Origin: a virus
Taxonomy: Duplodnaviria > Caudoviricetes
IMG/VR virus record: IMGVR_UViG_2773858042_000003
Location: 1-64,000 of that record
Direction: 5' to 3' (one strand)
Length of the DNA stretch: 64,000 nt
Below the pieces are notes generated by a model that saw nothing but the letters and a program-made list of their open reading frames with translations, ran no database searches and was not told where the DNA came from. The stretch's first letter is position 1. Each line of letters begins with the position of its first letter. The position numbers and the translations under genes were made by a program. Positions 36,009 through 44,462 of the stretch are shown in pieces.

Positions 36009-36694
36009 GGATCCTCGATCTTTTCTGCAACGCTGGCGGTGCCGGCATGGGCTATCGCCGGGCCGGGTTCGATGTCGTCGGCGTCGATCTGGAGCCGCAG
36101 CGCAACTATCCGTTTGCCTTCATCCAGCACGACGCTCTGACGCTCGATCGACGCTTCCTGCGGTCCTTCGATGCCATTCACGCCTCGCCGCCCTGCCAGG
36201 GCTATACACCGATGCGCCACGCCCCTGGGGCTAAGGGAGCACCGCTGTTGATCGAACAGACGCGTGCGATCCTGAAAGCAGTCGGCGTGCCATGGATCAT
36301 CGAGAACGTTGAGGAGGCGCGATGGGCGATGGTCGATCCGATCACCCTGTGCGGCTCTATGTTCGGCCTCGGCGCCCAAGGGTGCCAGCTTCGGCGGCAT
36401 AGACTGTTCGAAAGCAACATCACGATCAGGCCGCCATCCCCCTGCCAGCACGACGCCCGTCCGGTGATCGGCGTCTATGGCGGTCACGCCCGGCGCCGCG
36501 CCGCATCGGCCGGCGGACGAGGAACCCGCGACGTTTGGGAAGGCGGACACCGCGCCGCGATGTCGGAGGCCATGGGCATGACCTGGGCCACCTGCGCCGA
36601 AATGTCAGAGGCCATCCCACCCGCCTTCACTGAACACCTGGGCCGCCAACTGCTGGCCCACATCCAATCCTCTCGCCAGGACCAAGCAGCATGA
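36005..36694 (+). CDS. Short phage C5 DNA cytosine methyltransferase-like protein
   Basis: Motif I LDLFC.AGG, IHASPPCQ catalytic motif, IENV, RHRLFE. Confidence 0.8.
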   Translation: MRILDLFCNAGGAGMGYRRAGFDVVGVDLEPQRNYPFAFIQHDALTLDRRFLRSFDAIHASPPCQGYTPMRHAPGAKGAPLLIEQTRAILKAVGVPWIIENVEEARWAMVDPITLCGSMFGLGAQGCQLRRHRLFESNITIRPPSPCQHDARPVIGVYGGHARRRAASAGGRGTRDVWEGGHRAAMSEAMGMTWATCAEMSEAIPPAFTEHLGRQLLAHIQSSRQDQAA

Positions 36695-37569
36695 CCGCGA
36701 CCCAAGCCCCCACACCCGGCCCGCTGGACAGCGAGAGCGTGAAGCTGCTCGTGAAGGGCGATTTGCTGCGGCATGAAAAATACGGTCTCGCGCATTTCTA
36801 TGATGAGTGCGGAGGGCGCGGTGAAGGTTGGATAATCGTAGAGTGTTATGACGGGAAGGACGCTGCGTGCCGACCTGAAAACCTGACTTTCATCGGTCGC
36901 CCTGCTGACGGCTGGATGCCGTGGTCTGGCGGCGAGAACCCGGTCGATTACCGTCAGAACGTGGAGGTCAGATACCGAGACGGTCGCATCGTTCAGTGCG
37001 CTGCTGGAACGCAAGACTGGACGCGGCTCAGCGAAAACGGGGAGGACGCTACCGACATCATCGCCTTCCGCCTCGCCCCCACCGCTCCGGTCGAAGCGAG
37101 CGGGTCGGAGCGGGAGCATGGTCCGAAGTGCTGGGGGAAAACCTCACTCTCCGACGAAATGGCGCATTGCTATTGCGGATCGACAGACCTCCGCCCCCAA
37201 CCGAGCGGAGAGACGCGGGGCCTAGAACCGCTTGCAGACGATCCCGCCGTCGCAGCTTTGTGCGATAGCAGCTACCGGGCGGGCGCATTGGCTGGCTGGA
37301 ACGCCGCGAATTACTCCGACCCTGAAGAGGGTGAGCGCATCATGGCGCGCATCCGTGAGGTTGAGTCGGGTTCTCTAGCACCTATCGCTGAGCGCAACCG
37401 GCAACGATCCGCCCGCCCCCTCGCCTTGGGAGGCCAGCACAGCAGCGGGGAGGGGGAACGACGGGCGGCGGTCATGCGCGAGGTGAAATCATACGGTCAG
37501 TCGGACGAAGTGGGTTCGGCTTTCTGGGTCAACGCCTTAACCAGCCGCATCATGGAGGTGACGAAATGA
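36691..37569 (+). CDS. Mosaic hypothetical protein
   Basis: Contains a 61-aa module shared with 40065..40544. Confidence 0.6.
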   Translation: MTATQAPTPGPLDSESVKLLVKGDLLRHEKYGLAHFYDECGGRGEGWIIVECYDGKDAACRPENLTFIGRPADGWMPWSGGENPVDYRQNVEVRYRDGRIVQCAAGTQDWTRLSENGEDATDIIAFRLAPTAPVEASGSEREHGPKCWGKTSLSDEMAHCYCGSTDLRPQPSGETRGLEPLADDPAVAALCDSSYRAGALAGWNAANYSDPEEGERIMARIREVESGSLAPIAERNRQRSARPLALGGQHSSGEGERRAAVMREVKSYGQSDEVGSAFWVNALTSRIMEVTK

Positions 37570-38318
37570 CCCTCTCGACCATCGAAACTGTCGGCTCTCG
37601 GGAAACTTGTTCCGAAGCACTGGCGACATTGCGAGATAATGCGCGTCAGGCCTCGACTGACAAGGAGCGCGGCGACCGATGGATGCGCAGCCATGGTTGC
37701 GTGGTGTCTCTGCCTTCAAAAACAACGAACGAAGACTACGGGGCAACCGTTTTTCTGCCTGCCGATAGCGCCAGATACGTCGCGCCTTATAAGCCTGATC
37801 CAGCGCGTGAAATGGCGTTCTCTCGACATGCCACGGGGGCCAACCCGCGTATCGTAATCGCTCTCGTAAACGAGATCGAGCGTTTGCGTGCCGCCCTCTC
37901 CACCACGCCTGTCGCCGAAACGGCTGGGGAGGCTGTGGACGAAGGGGCGGCGGGGGAGGGTTTGTATCTGACGAAGGGCGTATTGGCGCGACTGAGAGCG
38001 CTGTCCTGCCATAGCAGCCTCGGCCCGTTGGGCATGGACGAACTTCGGCAAGCGCTCGCAGCCCGCGCCCACCCGTCCCCGACCCCCGCCGCCGATGCCG
38101 ACAGGGTGCGGGAGATTGTGGTGAAAGCCGTGAAGGCGGCGATGAAGGACGCTTGGGAAGACCACGCCACCGACACGGGATGCTGGCCCGCCGACATCAA
38201 GCGCGTCTCTGCCCGTGGTCCTCTGCGCCTTACGTTTACCCCCGCGATCTGGGCGCAGACGACCGCCGAATGGGCCGCCGAGACGGTCCTCGCCTCCCTG
38301 CAACCGGAGGAGAAGTAG
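37566..38318 (+). CDS. Ead/Ea22-like mosaic protein
   Basis: A..ANP..V.AL..EIERLRAAL motif. Confidence 0.55.
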   Translation: MTLSTIETVGSRETCSEALATLRDNARQASTDKERGDRWMRSHGCVVSLPSKTTNEDYGATVFLPADSARYVAPYKPDPAREMAFSRHATGANPRIVIALVNEIERLRAALSTTPVAETAGEAVDEGAAGEGLYLTKGVLARLRALSCHSSLGPLGMDELRQALAARAHPSPTPAADADRVREIVVKAVKAAMKDAWEDHATDTGCWPADIKRVSARGPLRLTFTPAIWAQTTAEWAAETVLASLQPEEK

Positions 38319-38549
38319 ATGGCTGACGGCGTTTTCATCAAGTCGTGGGAGGTCCACTGCGCCGGTTGCGAAGCACCGTTGCTAGGGATCGGACGCTTCG
38401 GATCAACGCAGGACGCGGCAGAAGACGCGCGCAAGGAGGGGTGGCGCATCCGCAACGGTTTTTGGCACTGCAAACCTTGCGTGGTGCAGAAGGATCGCCA
38501 ACGCGCCGCCCTGAAATCGACCGCCGCGAAGGAAGGGGGAGAGGGCTGA
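38319..38549 (+). CDS. Small zinc-finger protein
   Basis: CAGC...GW.I..G.W.C.PC. Confidence 0.55.
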   Translation: MADGVFIKSWEVHCAGCEAPLLGIGRFGSTQDAAEDARKEGWRIRNGFWHCKPCVVQKDRQRAALKSTAAKEGGEG

Positions 38550-38827
38550 TGGCTGATCTGACCCTGGCTTTGAACGGCGAGTATTTCGACGCGATCCGAG
38601 ACGGCTCAAAGGTCGAGGAATTCCGCCTTCGCACGGACTACTGGCGCAAGCGACTGGAAGGTCGGTCCTATGAACGGATTGTCCTGACGCGCGGCTATCC
38701 GGCTCGCGACGACCATACGCGCCGCCTTGTCCTGCCATGGCGTGGTTATCGCGAAATCACCCTCACTCATCCGCACTTCGGCACAGAACCTGTCGAGGTG
38801 TTCGCAATCAAGGTGTCAGACCAATGA
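38549..38827 (+). CDS. ASCH-domain protein
   Basis: L.L.GEYFDAI..GSK.EEFR..T.YW.KRL, L.RGY. Confidence 0.75.
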   Translation: MADLTLALNGEYFDAIRDGSKVEEFRLRTDYWRKRLEGRSYERIVLTRGYPARDDHTRRLVLPWRGYREITLTHPHFGTEPVEVFAIKVSDQ

Positions 38828-39228
38828 CCTACTCTAACGCGAACACGTCGGGGCTGGAAAACGCGGGCCACATCGTTTGGTGGAAGGCTGGCGGCGTCAG
38901 CTACTATCCCGAAGGAGAGGCGTTCGGGGTCTCCAAGTCCTGCCGCGTCGAACCTCTAGTCACCGCCGCATCCGCTCAAGCCAGGATCGCGGAGTTGGAA
39001 TCGGCTTTAGCTGCGGCACAGAACGCCGATGCCGACAGGGTGCGGAAGTTGGAGACTATCGCAGACCTAGCCGACGAACTCATCAACCGGGGCGGCCTAG
39101 TCAATCGCGGGGTGGATCGTGGTCTGGTCGTTGTCGAGAAGGCGGATCGTTCAGACCCGCACTATCGGCTGTGTCTCGCGCTGGAAGCCCTGAAATCGAC
39201 CGCCGCGAAGGAAGGGGGAGAGGGCTGA
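38824..39228 (+). CDS. Mosaic hypothetical protein
   Basis: Bounded by repeats shared with other early ORFs. Confidence 0.55.
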   Translation: MTYSNANTSGLENAGHIVWWKAGGVSYYPEGEAFGVSKSCRVEPLVTAASAQARIAELESALAAAQNADADRVRKLETIADLADELINRGGLVNRGVDRGLVVVEKADRSDPHYRLCLALEALKSTAAKEGGEG

Positions 39229-39521
39229 TGGACACCGCACGCATCATCAAGGCCGCTCAGGACATTGAGCGTTGCCAACGCGCCCTGACATGGCTCCGAG
39301 ACAACGGGTCGGTTCTCACTGGCCGCAGCAAAGACGACGCCTCTGTCTCCGTTCACATCAACTTCGCCAGCGCGTTGCCCGGAGCGAAGGAGGCCTCAGA
39401 AGTTCTAAGCGCCTACGCGACACTTTCGCTTCCCGATCTTGTCGAGACGGCCATCAAGTCTTGCGAGAACACAATCGACATGTGCTCTGACGCCATTCGT
39501 GCGGAAGGGGTGTCAAAGTGA
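39228..39521 (+). CDS. Hypothetical protein
   Basis: Coupled ORF. Confidence 0.55.
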   Translation: MDTARIIKAAQDIERCQRALTWLRDNGSVLTGRSKDDASVSVHINFASALPGAKEASEVLSAYATLSLPDLVETAIKSCENTIDMCSDAIRAEGVSK

Positions 39522-39829
39522 CCGCCCCCTCTAACGCGAACACGTCGGGGCTTGGAGACGTGGGTCTGAGCGAAACGTATCGCTTCGCCTACGAGAGCAT
39601 CCGAAACGGCGCGCCCGGCCTGTCTGACGCGACCTGTGCGGCAATCGCGAGGTCGATCAGCATGAAGGTGTCGCTGTCCAAAACCGACCGCGCCACCGCA
39701 GCCGAAGCCCGAGCGGATAGGCTGGCGAAGGCTTTGGAGGACATCTCCAGCGGTTATGCAAACTGCGACGACTTCCAAGACGCACAGGACATAGCCCGCG
39801 CCGCCCTACAGCAGGAGACACAGCCGTGA
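39518..39829 (+). CDS. Hypothetical protein
   Basis: Shares SNANTSGL start with 38824; ends with phage-typical ARAAL. Confidence 0.55.
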   Translation: MTAPSNANTSGLGDVGLSETYRFAYESIRNGAPGLSDATCAAIARSISMKVSLSKTDRATAAEARADRLAKALEDISSGYANCDDFQDAQDIARAALQQETQP

Positions 39830-40068
39830 GCGCCTGGAACGGTATATACGACAGCGATGACGTGATCTGCCCGCGCTGTCAGGGCGGCGGGACGGTTGAC
39901 TGCCATTGCGGCGGCGACCTGTGCGTCTGCGAAAACTATGGCGAGCGCGATTGCCCGATCTGCCACGGCGAGGGTGAAGTTTCAGAAGAACGCGAAGCCA
40001 CATACTTCGAAAATCAGCGCGCGGCTTTCGAGGCAATGCGGCGCGTTTTCAAGGACACACCCCAATGA
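39826..40068 (+). CDS. DnaJ-type zinc-finger protein
   Basis: CPRCQGGG...CPICHGEG repeats. Confidence 0.6.
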   Translation: MSAWNGIYDSDDVICPRCQGGGTVDCHCGGDLCVCENYGERDCPICHGEGEVSEEREATYFENQRAAFEAMRRVFKDTPQ

Positions 40069-40544
40069 CCCAGACCCCTACCGATGCGCTGCGCCTGGTG
40101 CCGGACGAGGAACAGATTTTCGCTTGGCTGAACCGAAAATACGTCCAGCGCGCAGAAGAGCGCCAGCGTTCTATGAACCTGCAATATATGGAGGCCGAGA
40201 CGCACGATCTTTCGGCATCCCTTCATCGCTGGCTGCTAGCAGCCGCCCCCGCATCGCCGCTGCCAGGGGGCGGATTAGAGCCACTTTCAGACGATCCGGC
40301 CGTAGCGAGTATGTGCGACAGCAGTTATCGCGCCGGTGCCTTGGCAGGATGGAATGCTGCACATCATTCAGACCCTGAAGAAGGTGAGCGGATCATGTCT
40401 CGTATCCGAAGCGTCGAGCCAGGATCGCTTGCCCCGATTGTCGAAAGAAATCGCGCCAGACAACAGGTGCGAGAGTATGATTTCAAAGCCGAAGACGAAT
40501 GGTTTGAGCCTTTGCCCGCCGCCCCGACAGGTGAACCGAAATGA
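40065..40544 (+). CDS. Mosaic hypothetical protein
   Basis: Carries the second copy of the 61-aa module. Confidence 0.55.
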   Translation: MTQTPTDALRLVPDEEQIFAWLNRKYVQRAEERQRSMNLQYMEAETHDLSASLHRWLLAAAPASPLPGGGLEPLSDDPAVASMCDSSYRAGALAGWNAAHHSDPEEGERIMSRIRSVEPGSLAPIVERNRARQQVREYDFKAEDEWFEPLPAAPTGEPK

Positions 40545-40614
40545 CCGACCATATCGGTGAGGCCACCCAAAAGGTCGCCCGCGCCTTCCTCGCCCGCAAT
40601 GGGAAGGGGGAGGG

Positions 40615-40827
40615 ATGAGCGCGCAACGAACCTCCGTAAGCAAGATGGTTCGGTCGCTCCAGAAGTGCGGGCTGACCGTTACGGGCGTCGAGGTGGCGCC
40701 CGATGGGACTGTGAAGGTCTTGACCCAAGCCGCCAATGAGAGCGCAGATGACGAACTGGAACAGGCGAGGGAGCGCAGGCGTGCGCGCAAGGCTGGTCGG
40801 ACTGCACAAGGCCACGAAGCGGCTTAG
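40615..40827 (+). CDS. Small protein upstream of integrase, possible excisionase/RDF
   Basis: Position and size only. Confidence 0.4.
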   Translation: MSAQRTSVSKMVRSLQKCGLTVTGVEVAPDGTVKVLTQAANESADDELEQARERRRARKAGRTAQGHEAA

Positions 40828-41881
40828 CGATGGCCGTGTGGCCGTCTACGTCTACGCTTATCGCGGTGGCGGCATAGTTGCGCGCGCTGAAGGTCGGACA
40901 TTGGACGCCGCCAACCGTGCCGTGGAGGCGGAGCTGGGCCGGCCGGAGACCCTTGACCGGATAGAGCGGGCGAGGAAGCCGGTGCGCCAAGCAGATAGCA
41001 AGGCTTACATCCGGGGCCTGATCGCAGCCTTCAAAATGTCGCCCGAGTGGGCCAAGCTGGGCGACACCAGCAAGGCCGAATATGCCCGATACCTGAAGGC
41101 CTTCTCCGACGAGTTCGGAGACTGGAAGGTCAGCCTGTTCGAACAACCCAAGGCGAAGGTCGAACTGCTGGACTGGCGCGACGAGTGGGCCGATCGACCT
41201 CGCGCCGCGGACTATGCGCTCCAGACGGTTGGGCGCCTGTTCAAATGGGCCAGGGGCCGCGGGCTAACCGAGGCTCGGCCGACCGAAGACGTGGAGCGTC
41301 TGCATAGCGCCAACAGATCCGATCTGATCTGGACCGACGATGATCTGCAAGCGGTCCTAGGCAGCGCCGGCGCCGAAGTGGGCTTGGTGATCCGTCTTGC
41401 GGCAGAGACCGGCCTACGAATGGGCGACCTGCTGAACCTGCCGTGGGGCGCGATAGGCGAACACGGCATCGTCTGGCGCACCAGTAAGCGGGATCGCCAG
41501 GTCGTTGTGCCCCTGACCGAGGAGGCGAAGCGCATCCTGGAGGCCGCGCCCCGCAAGCATCTCGTCATCCTGACGAACAGCCTGGGGAAGCCATGGACGA
41601 CGGACGGTTTCAAGACGATGTTCCGGCGCGCCAAGACCGACGCGGGAATCACCGGGCTGCGTTTCCACGACCTGAGAGGGACGGCCGCCACCCGGCTATT
41701 CCTCGCCGGCTCCCCTAAGCGCGACATCGCCACGATCATGGGTTGGTCGGAGGCTGCTGTTGACGCCCTTCTCACAAAATATGTGTCCGGTGACGCTGTC
41801 GCCCTTGACCTCCTATCCCGAATGAACCAGAAACGCGCCGCGCAAACCGATGACAAACCGGTTTCGCAAGGAGGCAGCTAA
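40781..41881 (+). CDS. int: Tyrosine integrase
   Basis: Catalytic set TGLR, TSKR, FHDLR, GWS, Y; probable GTG start at 40781. Confidence 0.95.
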   Translation: MRARLVGLHKATKRLSDGRVAVYVYAYRGGGIVARAEGRTLDAANRAVEAELGRPETLDRIERARKPVRQADSKAYIRGLIAAFKMSPEWAKLGDTSKAEYARYLKAFSDEFGDWKVSLFEQPKAKVELLDWRDEWADRPRAADYALQTVGRLFKWARGRGLTEARPTEDVERLHSANRSDLIWTDDDLQAVLGSAGAEVGLVIRLAAETGLRMGDLLNLPWGAIGEHGIVWRTSKRDRQVVVPLTEEAKRILEAAPRKHLVILTNSLGKPWTTDGFKTMFRRAKTDAGITGLRFHDLRGTAATRLFLAGSPKRDIATIMGWSEAAVDALLTKYVSGDAVALDLLSRMNQKRAAQTDDKPVSQGGS

Positions 41882-41900
41882 GTAGTTGTTTCTAAAGTGT

Positions 41901-41977
41901 GCGTCCTTAGCTCAGTTGGTTAGAGCATCTGACTTTTAATCAGAGGGTCCTCGGTTCGAGCCCGAGAGGACGTACCA
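41901..41977 (+). tRNA. tRNA-Lys (anticodon UUU), 77 nt, CCA encoded
   Basis: Acceptor GCGTCCT/AGGACGT, D stem GCTC/GAGC, anticodon arm TCTGA-CTTTTAA-TCAGA, T arm CTCGG-TTCGAGC-CCGAG, ACCA end. Confidence 0.96.
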
Positions 41978-41999
41978 ATTTAAAGGGGAACTATATACT

Positions 42000-42143
42000 T
42001 CACTCCCCGACATCCTTTTTCGCCTTCCGTTCCTCGCGTTCGATCTTCTTTTGAACCTTCATCGCCGCCTCGCCTTTGCCTTTGGGGCGATAGGCCAGAA
42101 CGTGCGTTGTGAAGGCGTCGAGGGCTTTCAAAATCTCGGTCAT
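42000..42143 (-). CDS. 47-aa basic ORF coupled to the transposase stop
   Basis: MTEILKALDAFTTHVLAYRPKGK..; ATGA overlap; ends inside the IR. Confidence 0.5.
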   Translation of the reverse strand: MTEILKALDAFTTHVLAYRPKGKGEAAMKVQKKIEREERKAKKDVGE

Positions 42144-43057
42144 GCGATGAGGGCCTTGTAGGTGAGACGGGGGCCGATAGCGGCCATGAGAAGGCTGGTG
42201 ATCCGGTCGAGCGTGTGGTGCTTCACGTCGCCGTCGTTGAGACGGAAAGTGAACTCGCTGACGTAGCGGTCCAGATGCTTGGGGCTGGCGTGGTGATAGA
42301 CGCCGTGAAGGCCGCGCTTCATCACAGCCCAGACGCTTTCAATGCTGTTCGTGGTCACGCCGTCGCGGACGTATTCTCCCTGCCCGTGGGCGACCGTCTC
42401 GTGGGTGTAGAAAAGCCCGCCGATGCCGCGATAACCGCCGTGTTCGTCGGTATGAAGGGTTGAGCCTGTCTCAACGTGGCCGTGGATGGCGCGGTGAAGG
42501 GTATTAGCGGACGTGTCGTGGATGACGGCGGCTTTGGTCCTGCCGCCCTTCTCGCGCATCCCCAGAACAGCCGTTTTGCCGACCGCGCCGCGACCGGCGT
42601 TCAGCTTCTTGCCCTTGTGTTTGTTGGCTTCCTTGCCGCCGATGAATGCCTCGTCGATCTCGACGAATCCAGACAGGACGGTCGGGTCATTACCGCAAGC
42701 CTCGCGGAGCCGTTGGAGCATGAACCACGCCGATTTCTGGGTCACGCCGATCTGCGCGGCCAGTTGAAGACTGCTGATACCCTTGCGGGCCGTGACCAAC
42801 AGATACATGGCGTAGAGCCACTTATGGAGAGGGATGTGCGACCGCTCGAAGATGGTCCCCGTCCGCACGGTGAAGTCGCTCTTACAGGCATTACAGCGAT
42901 AGAAGCCGCCCTTGCGCGTCGTGATGCGCTTGGCCTCACTACAGGCGGGACAGACGGCCCCCTCGGGCCAACGCTTGCCTTCCATGTAAGCCCGCGCCGC
43001 TTCCGCGTCGGGGAACATCTCAAAAAGCTCGAAGGTCGAGATCGTGGATTTGGTCAC
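42140..43057 (-). CDS. tnp: IS1595-family transposase
   Basis: N-terminal Zn ribbon CPAC/CNAC, T.F..SH.PL.KW, VEIDE, LHTDE, TNSIESVW, HL.RY..EF.FR. Confidence 0.95.
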   Translation of the reverse strand: MTKSTISTFELFEMFPDAEAARAYMEGKRWPEGAVCPACSEAKRITTRKGGFYRCNACKSDFTVRTGTIFERSHIPLHKWLYAMYLLVTARKGISSLQLAAQIGVTQKSAWFMLQRLREACGNDPTVLSGFVEIDEAFIGGKEANKHKGKKLNAGRGAVGKTAVLGMREKGGRTKAAVIHDTSANTLHRAIHGHVETGSTLHTDEHGGYRGIGGLFYTHETVAHGQGEYVRDGVTTNSIESVWAVMKRGLHGVYHHASPKHLDRYVSEFTFRLNDGDVKHHTLDRITSLLMAAIGPRLTYKALIA

Positions 43058-43301
43058 TGACTTGTCTCTGTCGCTACGTCTTCGACGTCGATGTGGATCA
43101 GGCCCTTGGCCTCAAGTGTTCTCGCAGTCCGAAACTCAAGCGCACCTTGGAGCGGTTACTGACTTCAAAAGCTGGATCATCGCCAGCAGTTCTTTCTGGC
43201 GCGGTGTCAGCTTCACGACCGTCCCTCACCGACCAGTTCTTTCTCAATGTCGGCGACGGTGGCGTGACCCATATTCTCGCCAAGCTGAAAGGTGGATTTA
43301 G

Positions 43302-43574
43302 TCATGCCCAACGACCGTGAGACTTCGTGACACCGCAATGGACACACGCCGCTTCATCGACATGCGTAAACTGACCGCAGGAGCATTTCTCATATCCGTC
43401 GTGGCCCACGTTCAACGCGGCTTTCGCGATCTCAACAGTGTCAGATGGGCGACAAAAATCGACCGTTTCCTGTCGTCCGGTGTTGTAGGTGTGTTCGTAT
43501 TCTCGGATGGGGGCTTCTGCGATCTCCAAGAGCGCAGTCCGCAGTCGAGAGTTTTCAGCGGCGTATGACAGCAT
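43302..43574 (-). CDS. Passenger ORF with C-terminal zinc ribbon
   Basis: CSCG...CVHCG; phage-like IAKAAL; inside the IRs. Confidence 0.55.
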   Translation of the reverse strand: MLSYAAENSRLRTALLEIAEAPIREYEHTYNTGRQETVDFCRPSDTVEIAKAALNVGHDGYEKCSCGQFTHVDEAACVHCGVTKSHGRWA

Positions 43575-43667
43575 GTCCCTAACTCCTTGTTCGTCGGGGC
43601 CATTCCCCGTTCACAAGTAGATATATACCCTCACTTGGCGAGGGAGTCAAATATATAGTTCCCATTT

Positions 43668-43691
43668 AAAGCCCGCTTCGGCGGGCTTTTT
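43668..43691 (+). terminator. Intrinsic terminator of the tRNA, displaced by the IS
   Basis: AAAGCCCGC-TTCG-GCGGGCTTTTT. Confidence 0.9.
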
Positions 43692-43723
43692 GCTGTCTGA
43701 CGCGCAGAACAGAAGCGAACATT

Positions 43724-43756
43724 TGTGACTTGGCCGAAGTCACACGTGTGACTTCG
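43724..43756. promoter_or_regulatory. Triple half-site palindromic operator candidate
   Basis: Perfect 22-bp palindrome CGAAGTCACACGTGTGACTTCG (43735-56) plus extra TGTGACTT at 43724. Confidence 0.55.
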
Positions 43757-43834
43757 CGCCCGACGTTCCCCTTGCGTTCATGGTCGCCCTGGCGCACACC
43801 GCGCGCCGGTCGGTGGCGCGGCCGAGGCGAGGAC

Positions 43835-44200
43835 ATGAACAGGGACAACTGGACGCCGGAGCGTCTGACGCCGCGCGACGTGGTGGTGGATCGACAGATC
43901 GTCATCAGCGCCAGTTGCTCGGGTTGTCGCTATATCGTGGAGATGAACGTCTGGCGGATCGGCGCGCGGATGGCCGACGATCCATTTCAGATCATGCGCT
44001 TTCGCTGTCGGCGCTGCGGCGCCTACGCCACGTCGATCGAGGTCAGCCGGCGAAACAACAGCAGCGGTGAAAAACTGCTGACCATTGCGCTCAAGCCCCG
44101 GTTCTGGGACGAAGGGCACGACGAAAAGCAGCGCACCGCCTTGGCCCGGCTCAACCGGCCGGACATGCCTCGCCGGTATGGAACTGGATCAGGCGGCTGA
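43835..44200 (+). CDS. Zinc-binding hypothetical protein at prophage edge
   Basis: CSGC...CRRCG; GAGG RBS. Confidence 0.6.
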   Translation: MNRDNWTPERLTPRDVVVDRQIVISASCSGCRYIVEMNVWRIGARMADDPFQIMRFRCRRCGAYATSIEVSRRNNSSGEKLLTIALKPRFWDEGHDEKQRTALARLNRPDMPRRYGTGSGG

Positions 44201-44462
44201 GCTGGTCGAACAGGTCGCCCCGGCTCTTGGCCAGGCGGCGGATGCCGGCGCGCCAGTCGGCCGGGATCGAGGCGCCGCCTTCTGTAGGCAGGCCCGGCAC
44301 GGCGGCGGGACAGCGCAGCAGCTCGGCCGGCGGCGTCTCGCGCACCGTGCGCACCACGACCTCGGGCGGCGGCGCGACGGCGGGCGGCTTAGCGCAGGCC
44401 TGCAAGGTCGTTGACAGCAGCAGCCCAGTCGCCGCCAACACGATCATCTTTGACTGCCGCAT
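44151..44462 (-). CDS. o-spanin lipoprotein
   Basis: Lipobox LQAC, PP.ELL.CP; overlaps the i-spanin end. Confidence 0.75.
   Translation of the reverse strand: MRQSKMIVLAATGLLLSTTLQACAKPPAVAPPPEVVVRTVRETPPAELLRCPAAVPGLPTEGGASIPADWRAGIRRLAKSRGDLFDQLSRLIQFHTGEACPAG

Larger units (their letters stand above)
407..41889. mobile_element. Prophage 1, lambdoid siphovirus (HK97-like head, GTA-like tail)
   Basis: Complete gene order: lysis, tail, head, terminase, replication, cro/cI, early operon, integrase. The right end is fixed by the integrase and tRNA. The left end is uncertain; 407 is based on a 10-bp repeat. Confidence 0.9.
41986..43663 (-). mobile_element. IS1595-family transposon with passenger ORFs
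   Basis: 22-bp IRs GGGAACTATATAcTTcACTCCC / GGGAACTATATAtTTgACTCCC; 8-bp TSD ATTTAAAG at 41978-41985 and 43664-43671. Confidence 0.93.

Noticed and set aside
43707-43720. GAAC...GAAC as a LexA box
   Set aside because: The spacer is 6 nt; the alphaproteobacterial box has 7.
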